Origin: Acidimicrobiales bacterium
GTDB lineage: Bacteria > Actinomycetota > Acidimicrobiia > Acidimicrobiales > Bin134
Assembly: GCA_965231915.1 (NCBI GenBank)
Contig: OZ246892.1
Span: 1,092,514-1,156,513, forward strand
Length of the DNA stretch: 64,000 nucleotides
Direction: 5' to 3'
The notes below the pieces were generated by a model. The model did no database searches. It was not told the origin of the DNA and worked only from the letters and a program-made list of their open reading frames with translations. Within the stretch, counting starts at the first letter, position 1. Every line of letters starts with the position of its first letter. The translations under genes were made by a program, and so were the position numbers. Positions 9,461-16,892 of this stretch are shown in pieces.

Positions 9461-10648
9461 CTATTCGGCAGCCACTTCGGGGCCGATGTCGTCGAAGCGC
9501 CGCCGGCCCACCAGGGCCAGCGTGCGGTCGATGTCGGTGCGGTAGATGTCGAGCATCCGAGCCACTCCGGCCTCGCCGCCTACGGCCAGGCCCCAGAACC
9601 AGCTTCGCCCGCCCATTGCCGCCTGCGCTCCCAGGGCTCGAGCCTTCACCACGTCCGCGCCTCGCTGGCAACCGCCGTCAACCAGCACCTCAGCTTGGTC
9701 GCCAACTGCCTCGGCAATCCGGGGAAGCATGTCGAAGGTTCCCGGCACCGAATCGAGCTGGCGTCCGCCGTGGTTGGACACGATCACCCCGTCGGCCCCC
9801 CAGCGCACGGCGGCCTCGGCATCGGCCACAGTGATCACCCCTTTGACCAGCAGCGGGCCGTCCCATTCCCGCCGCAGCCACCCCACGTCGTCCCAGGTTC
9901 GGGAAGGGTCGGCCAGCTCTCGGTCGACATATGCCCCAATGGCGCTGGCGTCATCGCCGATGCCCAACTCCACCAGGCTGCCGAAGGTGATGTCGGGGCC
10001 CGTCACCAACTGGCGCAGCCACCGCAGACGCCGGGCGGTGTCCAGTGCGCTGTTCCACCGGATTCGAGGAGGCAGCGACATGCCATTGCGCAGGTCGCGC
10101 TCCCGCTTGCCCACAACCGGCACGTCCACTGTTAGCACCAGGGCCTCATAGCCGGCGTCTCGGGCCCGGTGTACCAGGGAGCGAACCACTTCAGGGCTTT
10201 TCCACAAATAGAGCTGGAACCACCGCCGGCCCTCGGGGGCCGCGGCCGCGATGTCTTCCAGCGAGTAGCCCGACCCAGTGCTCACTGCGAACACGGTGCC
10301 CGCCGCGGCGGCGGCTCGGGCCGCGGCCAGCTCGCCCTCGCGATGTACCAGCGTGGCCAGCCCGGCGGGGGCCAGCAGGAATGGGAGTGAAACCGGCTGG
10401 CCCAGCACGGTGGTGGACACCTCCCTGTCGGCCACATCCACCAGATAGCTCGGGGCGAGTTCCACTGCATCGATGGCGGTCCGATTGGCGGCTATGGACA
10501 GTTCGCCTTCCGCGCCGCCTTCCACGAAATCGAACACCATCTTGGGGAGCCGGCGCCGAGCGGCCTCTTTCAAGTCGGCGTAGGTGTGCCAACGGCTGGC
10601 CCCCTTGGGGGCTCGGGCCAGCATTCCGGGCAGTCTGCGGAGCTTCAT
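9461..10648 (-). CDS. FMN-dependent alpha-hydroxy-acid oxidase/dehydrogenase (LldD/glycolate-oxidase family)
   Basis: VSNHGGRQLD, LVDGGCQRGADVVKA, PFLLAPAG motifs. Confidence 0.85.
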   Translation of the reverse strand: MKLRRLPGMLARAPKGASRWHTYADLKEAARRRLPKMVFDFVEGGAEGELSIAANRTAIDAVELAPSYLVDVADREVSTTVLGQPVSLPFLLAPAGLATLVHREGELAAARAAAAAGTVFAVSTGSGYSLEDIAAAAPEGRRWFQLYLWKSPEVVRSLVHRARDAGYEALVLTVDVPVVGKRERDLRNGMSLPPRIRWNSALDTARRLRWLRQLVTGPDITFGSLVELGIGDDASAIGAYVDRELADPSRTWDDVGWLRREWDGPLLVKGVITVADAEAAVRWGADGVIVSNHGGRQLDSVPGTFDMLPRIAEAVGDQAEVLVDGGCQRGADVVKARALGAQAAMGGRSWFWGLAVGGEAGVARMLDIYRTDIDRTLALVGRRRFDDIGPEVAAE

Positions 10649-10655
10649 CGTCTTG

Positions 10656-11603
10656 TCATCCCCCTGGCATGGACGCGGTCAACAGCCGGGTGACGGCTCG
10701 TAGCGTTGGCACTTCCAGCCCGTGGCCATCGGCAATCTCCACCAAGTCGGCGAATACCACTTGGACCTCAAACGGTCGCCCCCGGTCGATGCTCTGCAGT
10801 ATGGACACCCGTACCTGGGTTTCTCCGGCTGCTTCCATTCGCTGGCCCACGGATAGGAGTCGCTGGTGGGCCTCCGCCCGGCTCTCTCGGGTGAGCGCCC
10901 GGATCTGGAACGGGCCGTGGCCGTCGATCAGTTCCACTCCCTCTGCTGCGGCGATGGCTGCCCCTTCGCAGGCCAGGTCGTAGAAGACGTCCCGGGTTTC
11001 GGGCATGAGGAAGATGCGGTGGTACACCAGCCGGGTCAGCCCCACTACTCCCATGGCGGCCGCGGCCAGCACCCCCTTGGACCACAGTGCGGGGGCGATG
11101 TTGTCTTGAACCTCTAACTTGTGCTCCGGCAGGGTTGCGGCAATGGCCGCCGCCGTGCCCGGCGAGGTGGTGGTGAGGTCGCCCAGCAGGGTGGGTCCGT
11201 CAAAGGAGTGCGAGGCGTGGCCAGGCTCGCCTAGCGTGCCGCCCACCAGAGATACGCAGCCCACCGCGGCAGAACCGAACCGGTCCACCATCGGCTCAGC
11301 TTGCCGCACGCCGTTCTGAACCGAGAAGGCGGCTTGGGTGGTTCCCCGGTAGTTGCCCAGCAACTCGGCGTTGTCGAACGCCTTGCTGGCCAACAAGACA
11401 ATGTCGCAGTCCCCGGCTTTGGCGGGGTCGGTTATAGCCCGCACCGCCACCGGAGGTTGATCGTCAATGCGCAGTCCAGCCCGATTCACCGCTTCGGCGT
11501 GGGCCGGACGGGCCACCAGGGTGACCTCGGCACCGGCCTGGGCAAACCACGCCCCGTACACCGATCCCAGCGCTCCTGCGCCGAGCACAACCACCTTCGT
11601 CAT
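10656..11603 (-). CDS. 2-dehydropantoate 2-reductase family (ApbA/PanE) oxidoreductase
   Basis: N-terminal VVLGAGALGSVYGAW Rossmann, ~315 aa, family-typical length. Confidence 0.75.
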   Translation of the reverse strand: MTKVVVLGAGALGSVYGAWFAQAGAEVTLVARPAHAEAVNRAGLRIDDQPPVAVRAITDPAKAGDCDIVLLASKAFDNAELLGNYRGTTQAAFSVQNGVRQAEPMVDRFGSAAVGCVSLVGGTLGEPGHASHSFDGPTLLGDLTTTSPGTAAAIAATLPEHKLEVQDNIAPALWSKGVLAAAAMGVVGLTRLVYHRIFLMPETRDVFYDLACEGAAIAAAEGVELIDGHGPFQIRALTRESRAEAHQRLLSVGQRMEAAGETQVRVSILQSIDRGRPFEVQVVFADLVEIADGHGLEVPTLRAVTRLLTASMPGG

Positions 11604-11624
11604 TGATGCCGTACTCTAGGGGGC

Positions 11625-12335
11625 ATGAGCACATCTGAAGCTGTCGGCGGCGGGTCCAAGGAGATCGTGAATGACATCGTGTTGGCTTGCCGGGCCTTGA
11701 CCGTTCGGGGTTGCGACACCGGCATCGGCGGCCACGTGAGCGTTCGGGCCGCCGGCGAGGACGCCTTCTGGATTAACGCATTCGACCGCACCCTGGGCGA
11801 AGTCACCGCCGACGACGTGATGAAGCTGGACTACGAAGGCAATCTGCTGGAGGGGAACCGGGAAGTGAGCCTTGGGTTCGAGTTCCACGCCGGGGTGTAC
11901 CAGCACCGCGGCGACGTGAACGCCATCGTCCACAGCCACGGCCGGTGGATCACCGCGCTGGCCTCGCTGGCCCGCCCGCTGAAGATGCGCCACAACCTGT
12001 GCTGCATCTTCCACGACGACCAGGTGCTCAGCCCCGACGACCGCTTTGAGTCCATCGGGCCGGCCATCGAGACCAACCACACCGTGATTATCCCCTGGCA
12101 CGGGGCCATCACCGTGGGTGCCAGCCTGGCCCGGGCCGCCGCCCTCCACGCCACCTTGGAAGACCAAGCCCAGCTCGACGTCACCCTGGAACCCACCGAC
12201 GCCCCCGAGATCCCCGAGCATCTGCGGCTGGGGCTGAAGAAGCTGGTGGACGACCAGGCCGGCTACTTGGAGCAGACCTGGACCCTCATGCGCCGCCAAG
12301 GCCAGCGTCACCTCGAAGCTCACCCCAACGGATAG
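11625..12335 (+). CDS. class II aldolase/adducin-family protein
   Basis: GGHVSVR, FHAGVYQHRGDVNAIVHSHG His-cluster motif. Confidence 0.75.
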   Translation: MSTSEAVGGGSKEIVNDIVLACRALTVRGCDTGIGGHVSVRAAGEDAFWINAFDRTLGEVTADDVMKLDYEGNLLEGNREVSLGFEFHAGVYQHRGDVNAIVHSHGRWITALASLARPLKMRHNLCCIFHDDQVLSPDDRFESIGPAIETNHTVIIPWHGAITVGASLARAAALHATLEDQAQLDVTLEPTDAPEIPEHLRLGLKKLVDDQAGYLEQTWTLMRRQGQRHLEAHPNG

Positions 12336-13183
12336 GCCAAATCCTCCATGGAGGCCAGCTCATAGGGCTGGTCTGTTAGCCAGTTCTTCCAGGTGCCGGT
12401 GCCGAACAGCTCGTACTCGTCAGTGCGGACGTGGAAGGTTTCGGGCTCGATCACCTCGATCTCGCCCCCGCCTGGGGCATTGGGGTGGAAGGCGCAGAAC
12501 ACCAAATCGGCGTCCAGTTTGCCGAGCATTGCCTCGTAGTCGGCCGGCTGGTGCGGCGGCCGGGAGAAATCGGTCTCCAAAACCACGTCGAACACCGGCA
12601 TTCCTGCCTCCCGAGCGGTAGCTGCGGCTGCTTTGATGGCGTCGTCGGCAGCGTGAGCTTCAGTTGAGCTTGCCACATGGCGATTGGGGCCGTAGGCGGC
12701 TAGCGAGTCAGTGATGAGCACTGGCACGCCGTAGTCCATGCCCACCGCCACGTAGCGGTCGCACCACTCCGGGGCCAAGGCTGAGCCCATATGGGCATCG
12801 AGATGGGTCACGTTGATACCTGTGGCCAGTGCCCGATCGATCTGGGCCCGCCATTCCTGCTCTACGGCGTCGGGATTGGCGTTGCGTCGAACCGAAACAA
12901 CGTCCCGCCACAAGTAGCCATGCTCATCCACCAGTCCCGATGACGGACCGGCCGAGCTCACCGGTCCCCAGCGGTAGTGGGCCTTCTCGGCATTGAGCGT
13001 GAGATGAATGCCGCAGTCGAGGGCGTCGTCGTTGGCTGCCATTTCGGCAATCTCACTGAACCATGGGCAAGGCACCATCACCGAGCCTGACGTGATGGTG
13101 CCGAAGTGCGACAACTCCACGAAGGCCCGATTGGCGCCGTGGCACATCCCCACATCGTCGGCGTGGATCACCAGTCGAGTCAC
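12320..13183 (-). CDS. ChbG/YdjC-family deacetylase
   Basis: N-terminal VIHADDVGM, LDAHMG motif. Confidence 0.75.
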   Translation of the reverse strand: MTRLVIHADDVGMCHGANRAFVELSHFGTITSGSVMVPCPWFSEIAEMAANDDALDCGIHLTLNAEKAHYRWGPVSSAGPSSGLVDEHGYLWRDVVSVRRNANPDAVEQEWRAQIDRALATGINVTHLDAHMGSALAPEWCDRYVAVGMDYGVPVLITDSLAAYGPNRHVASSTEAHAADDAIKAAAATAREAGMPVFDVVLETDFSRPPHQPADYEAMLGKLDADLVFCAFHPNAPGGGEIEVIEPETFHVRTDEYELFGTGTWKNWLTDQPYELASMEDLAYPLG

Positions 13184-13215
13184 TGTTTCGAAACTAGTCC
13201 GCTTACCATCTTGTC

Positions 13216-14100
13216 GTGGCTCTGAGTCATTTCGCGCCCACCGCCGATCCAGTCGAGGTAAGCGACCACCTGCGCCGCTTCGGATACGCCATCGTCGACG
13301 ACGTGGCCGACTCGGCCGCCATGGACCGCCTCGAAGCCGAGGCCATGCCCTTCATCGAAGCCTCCGATGCGGGACGAGACGAGTACGACGGGCGCTACAC
13401 CCGCCGCACCGGGGCCTTGGTGGCCCGCTGTCCCACTGCTCGGGAGCTTGTCATGCACCCGGTGGCCGTAGGCGTGGTCAGCCAATTCCTCAGCCATGTC
13501 AGCGCGGTGCAACTTCACCTGACCCAGATCATCTCAGTGGAGCCGGGGGAGACCCGCCAAAAGCTCCATCGCGACGAGATGGCTTTCGACTTCTTCCCCT
13601 TCGGGACCGACTACCACGTGCAGTGCAACACCATGTGGGCGCTCACCGACTTCACCCCCGAAAACGGGGCCACCCACATCCTGGCCGGCACCTCCGGGAT
13701 CGACGACGAACAATCCCTAAGCATGCCCGACGCCCAGGCGGAGATGCGCCGGGGGAGCGTCCTGTTCTACGACGGCAAGGTGCTGCACGGTGCCGGGGCC
13801 AACACCAGCGATGGCGTGCGCCGGGGGGTGAACATCACCTATGCCGTGGGCTGGGTGCGCCAAGAAGAGAACCAATACCTGGCTTGTCCCCCCGAGATCG
13901 CCCGCACCCTCGACGACGACCTGCTGCGAATGATGGGCTACACCCAAGGCGCCTTCGCCCTCGGCTACGTGGGCGATCAGACCGATCCGCTGGCCGCGCT
14001 GCGGGGCGGCGCTGACAAGGCCAAGACCATCGGCGCGGTGGCCGAATTCAACGAGAATGCCCGCGAGTTCGTCACCGACATCGACGACCTGGGCCACTAG
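13216..14100 (+). CDS. phytanoyl-CoA dioxygenase (PhyH)-family Fe(II)/2OG oxygenase
   Basis: KLHRDEM (HxD), VLHGAGANTS distal His; GTG start. Confidence 0.7.
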   Translation: MALSHFAPTADPVEVSDHLRRFGYAIVDDVADSAAMDRLEAEAMPFIEASDAGRDEYDGRYTRRTGALVARCPTARELVMHPVAVGVVSQFLSHVSAVQLHLTQIISVEPGETRQKLHRDEMAFDFFPFGTDYHVQCNTMWALTDFTPENGATHILAGTSGIDDEQSLSMPDAQAEMRRGSVLFYDGKVLHGAGANTSDGVRRGVNITYAVGWVRQEENQYLACPPEIARTLDDDLLRMMGYTQGAFALGYVGDQTDPLAALRGGADKAKTIGAVAEFNENAREFVTDIDDLGH

Positions 14101-14134
14101 CCGCATCTCACCGGCCATCGGCTACCGTGCCGCC

Positions 14135-14602
14135 ATGGCACTTATCACCGACCCGTTCCATGCCGGCATCGTCGTCGCCGATGTCGAGGAGGCCATGGCC
14201 GAGATTTCGGCTGCTACCGGGGCGACATGGCACTCCTTGCAGTCGCTCGACCTCGACTTGTTGGTGGACGGCGAAGTGGTTTCCACCAGCGTGCGCTTCT
14301 CCTACACGGTGGAGGGCCCAGTGCAGCTCGAGTTGGCCGACGGTCCTAAGGGCTCGTTCTGGGACGCCGACCTCTACGGGGGTCTCAACCATCTCGGCTA
14401 TTGGACCGACGACCTCCACGCCGACATTGAGTCGCTGATGGCCGGGGGGTGCGAGCTGACCTACGGCGGGGCCGGCGCCGACGGCGGTATAGAGGGGTTC
14501 GCCTTCTTGGTTCCGCCCAGCACGGGCCAGAGGATCGAGCTGATCGACGTGGCCATGCGGCCCGCGTTCGACCGCTGGTTCGCGGGCGGAGAGTTCGGCT
14601 GA
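14135..14602 (+). CDS. VOC (glyoxalase/bleomycin-resistance fold) protein
   Basis: FHAGIVVADVEEAM, NHLGYWTDD, IELIDV. Start placed at the internal Met, since the upstream part of ORF 14057 overlaps the PhyH gene. Confidence 0.65.
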   Translation: MALITDPFHAGIVVADVEEAMAEISAATGATWHSLQSLDLDLLVDGEVVSTSVRFSYTVEGPVQLELADGPKGSFWDADLYGGLNHLGYWTDDLHADIESLMAGGCELTYGGAGADGGIEGFAFLVPPSTGQRIELIDVAMRPAFDRWFAGGEFG

Positions 14603-14624
14603 TGGCTTTCCGGGGGCCGAGGCC

Positions 14625-15698
14625 ATGACCACTACGCTTGACAACGTGACCGCTTCCGCCGCGTTCGATCAGATTCCGGTGGTTGACCTCAGCCCGCTGT
14701 CGGGGTCGCTCGACCAGCGCAGGGAACTGGCCGAGGAGCTGTGCCGGATCTGCCACGAGGTCGGCTTTTTGCTGGTGGTGAACCACGGGGTGTCCGACCA
14801 CCTGAGCGACAACATCTTCGCCATGCTGCGGAAGTTCTTCGCCTTCCCCGACGAGCAGAAGGCCCTCATCGACAAGCGGCGCTCCCGCCATTTCCGGGGC
14901 TGGGAGCCGGAGGGGGCCGAGTACACCAACAACCGCCCCGACATCCGAGAGCAGATCGACTGGTGGACCGAGTGGCCCGCCTATCCCAAAGACGTCGAGC
15001 CCTACTATCTGCGCCTGCTGGGCCCCAACCAGTGGCTGCCCGACGAGCTCTTACCCGGACACCGGGAGCTCGCCAACCAGTGGTTCGACGAACTGGGGGG
15101 TTTGGCCAACCGCCTCTTGGGAGCACTCTCGCTGGGGCTGGGACTGGCCGAGGACCACTTGGAGCAGTTCTTCGGAGCCCGAACCATGTCGCTGGCCAAG
15201 TTCATCCACTATCCCCCCACCCCCGAGGGGGAAGCCGGGGTCAATGCCCACCGCGACACCGGGTTTTTGACCGTGCTGGATCACGGTCCCACCGCGGGGC
15301 TGCAAGTGCAGAACCAGGAGGGCGAGTGGATCGACGTCCCCGCCGTAGAGGGGTCGTACGTCATCAACCTGGGCGAAACCCTCCAAGCCATGACCGGCAA
15401 CTACCTGGTGGCCACCGCCCACCGGGTGATCACTCCTGAAGAGCGCTACTCAGCCGGCTATTTCCACGGCCCGTCTTTAGACGTCTGCCTGTCCCCGCTG
15501 CCCCTTGACGAGAAATTCGCCGCCGCCGTGGCCGCCAGCCCCCACCACAACAGCGCCGGATTCATGGCCAGCATCGCCGAGACCACCGCCGGAGTGGCCG
15601 AGATGTCCAGCTCCTACCGCCCCTCCACCTACGGCGAGCAGCTCTGGAACTACTTCTCCCGCAGCTACCCCGAAAACGTCGCCACCCACTACGGCTGA
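14625..15698 (+). CDS. isopenicillin-N-synthase-like 2OG-Fe(II) oxygenase
   Basis: NAHRDTGFLTVL (HxD), ATAHRV distal His, RYSAGYF. Confidence 0.8.
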   Translation: MTTTLDNVTASAAFDQIPVVDLSPLSGSLDQRRELAEELCRICHEVGFLLVVNHGVSDHLSDNIFAMLRKFFAFPDEQKALIDKRRSRHFRGWEPEGAEYTNNRPDIREQIDWWTEWPAYPKDVEPYYLRLLGPNQWLPDELLPGHRELANQWFDELGGLANRLLGALSLGLGLAEDHLEQFFGARTMSLAKFIHYPPTPEGEAGVNAHRDTGFLTVLDHGPTAGLQVQNQEGEWIDVPAVEGSYVINLGETLQAMTGNYLVATAHRVITPEERYSAGYFHGPSLDVCLSPLPLDEKFAAAVAASPHHNSAGFMASIAETTAGVAEMSSSYRPSTYGEQLWNYFSRSYPENVATHYG

Positions 15699-15723
15699 CG
15701 AGCGGGCTCCGCACAAAGGGTAC

Positions 15724-15756
15724 GGCCCGGAGCGGGGTTGGGCTTCGCTCCGGGCC
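15724..15756. terminator. GC-rich hairpin between convergent oxygenase gene and tRNA-Phe
   Basis: GGCCCGGAGCG-N11-CGCTCCGGGCC, perfect 11-bp stem; no U-tract. Confidence 0.45.
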
Positions 15757-15768
15757 GTGGGGGGTGGG

Positions 15769-15844
15769 TGGTGGTCGGGACCGGCGTCGATCCGGTGACC
15801 TTCCGCTTTTCAGGCGGACGCTCTGCCAACTGAGCTACCCGACC
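15769..15844 (-). tRNA. tRNA-Phe (GAA), CCA encoded
   Basis: Cloverleaf folded by hand: acceptor GGTCGGG/CCCGACC, anticodon loop CUGAAAA, T-arm ACCGG-AUCGACG-CCGGU (unusual A at position 54). Confidence 0.9.
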
Positions 15845-15857
15845 GTGTTCTGTTGTG

Positions 15858-15932
15858 CGGTCCCGACGGGATTTGAACCCGCGACCTCCGGCTTGACAGG
15901 CCGGCGTGCACTCCAAACTGCACCACGGGACC
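15858..15932 (-). tRNA. tRNA-Asp (GTC)
   Basis: Acceptor GGTCCCG/CGGGACC, anticodon stem CCGGC/GCCGG with loop CUGUCAA, T-loop UUCAAAU. Confidence 0.9.
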
Positions 15933-15942
15933 CTGATATTTC

Positions 15943-15962
15943 TACCCCCAACGGGACTCGAA
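15943..15962 (-). repeat. orphan tRNA-Glu 3' end (att-like direct repeat, copy 1)
   Basis: TTCGAGTCCCGTTGGGGGTA matches the last 20 nt of the intact tRNA-Glu at 30417-30436 at 19/20 positions. No D or anticodon arm lies upstream of it. Confidence 0.7.
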
Positions 15963-16196
15963 GGCTATCGTTTCCCCAGGTCAATGACCAAGGAAAATTG
16001 ACCTTGGTTTCGTTGTCCCACAATCTGTCCAACACAGGAGTCGGCATACTGGGCCGGTCCACGCATCGGTCGCAACGATGAAGGTCCTAGTACTCTATCC
16101 GCGCGTTGTATGGCCTGTTCTACTCATATACCCAGATGGTCACCGCCCGGCTTCGAAGGGCCGTCGATCGAGGCGCACGAGAGCGCCCTGTAGCCG

Positions 16197-16892
16197 CTAC
16201 TCCGCGCCGGACAGGTACGCGGCTTCGATCTCGTCGAGCTGGCCGCGGACCTCGTCTGCTGCCCCCGAGAGCGCGATCCGGCCGCGTTCCATCAGGTAGA
16301 CCCGGTCGGCGACCTTCAGCGCCTGACGCACGTGCTGTTCGACGAGGAGCACCCCGATCCCCTGTTCGTCGGCGGCGCTGCGAACCGCCTTCAAAAGACC
16401 GGCAACAATGAGCGGGGCAAGGCCGAGCGACAGCTCGTCGGCCAGCAGGACCTTGGGATTGCTTCCGAGGGCGCGAGCCAAGGACAACATCTGCTGTTCG
16501 CCACCCGAGCAGAGCCCGGCACTGCGAGCCAGGATCGGCTCGAGCGCGGGGAACAGCTCTGTTGCCGTCTCCGGCGGGACGTCGGCGAGGCGCAGGTTGT
16601 CGGCCACCGACATGTTCATGATGACCGATCGCTCTTCGGTGAGGTAGCTGAGCCCATTGCGGCATCGGATGTGCATGGGCGCTCGGCTCGGTTGGCCCAG
16701 GAACTGCACCTCGCCCTCGATGGGGGTCAGGTCGCCGGCCAAGGTGAGCAGCGTGGTGGACTTGCCGGCACCGTTGGCGCCGATGAGGGCCACCACCTCG
16801 CCGGCGTCGACACGGATGTCGACGTTGCGCACAACCGCCATCTCTCCGTACCCAGTGGACAGGTTGGTGCATCCGATCAACGGGGTCGTCAT
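16197..16892 (-). CDS. branched-chain amino acid ABC transporter ATP-binding protein (LivF-like)
   Basis: Walker A GANGAGKST, signature CSGGEQQML, Walker B LLADELSLGLAP; ATGA-coupled to upstream gene. Confidence 0.85.
   Translation of the reverse strand: MTTPLIGCTNLSTGYGEMAVVRNVDIRVDAGEVVALIGANGAGKSTTLLTLAGDLTPIEGEVQFLGQPSRAPMHIRCRNGLSYLTEERSVIMNMSVADNLRLADVPPETATELFPALEPILARSAGLCSGGEQQMLSLARALGSNPKVLLADELSLGLAPLIVAGLLKAVRSAADEQGIGVLLVEQHVRQALKVADRVYLMERGRIALSGAADEVRGQLDEIEAAYLSGAE

Noticed and set aside
9221-10135. 304-aa plus-strand ORF
   Set aside because: It is antisense to the FMN hydroxy-acid oxidase, which has the SNHGGRQLD motif.
13008-14015. 335-aa Arg-rich plus-strand ORF
   Set aside because: It is an out-of-frame overlap of the YdjC and PhyH genes with extreme Arg/Pro/Gly bias.
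15988-16007. CCAAGG-N8-CCTTGG hairpin downstream of livF as a terminator
   Set aside because: It has only a 6-bp stem, no U-tract and an AT-rich loop, which is too weak to call.
15835-16062. 75-aa ORFs overlapping the tRNA genes (15689-15916, 15764-16081, 15835-16062)
   Set aside because: They are read through tRNA-Phe, tRNA-Asp and the tRNA-Glu fragment, so they are not protein-coding.
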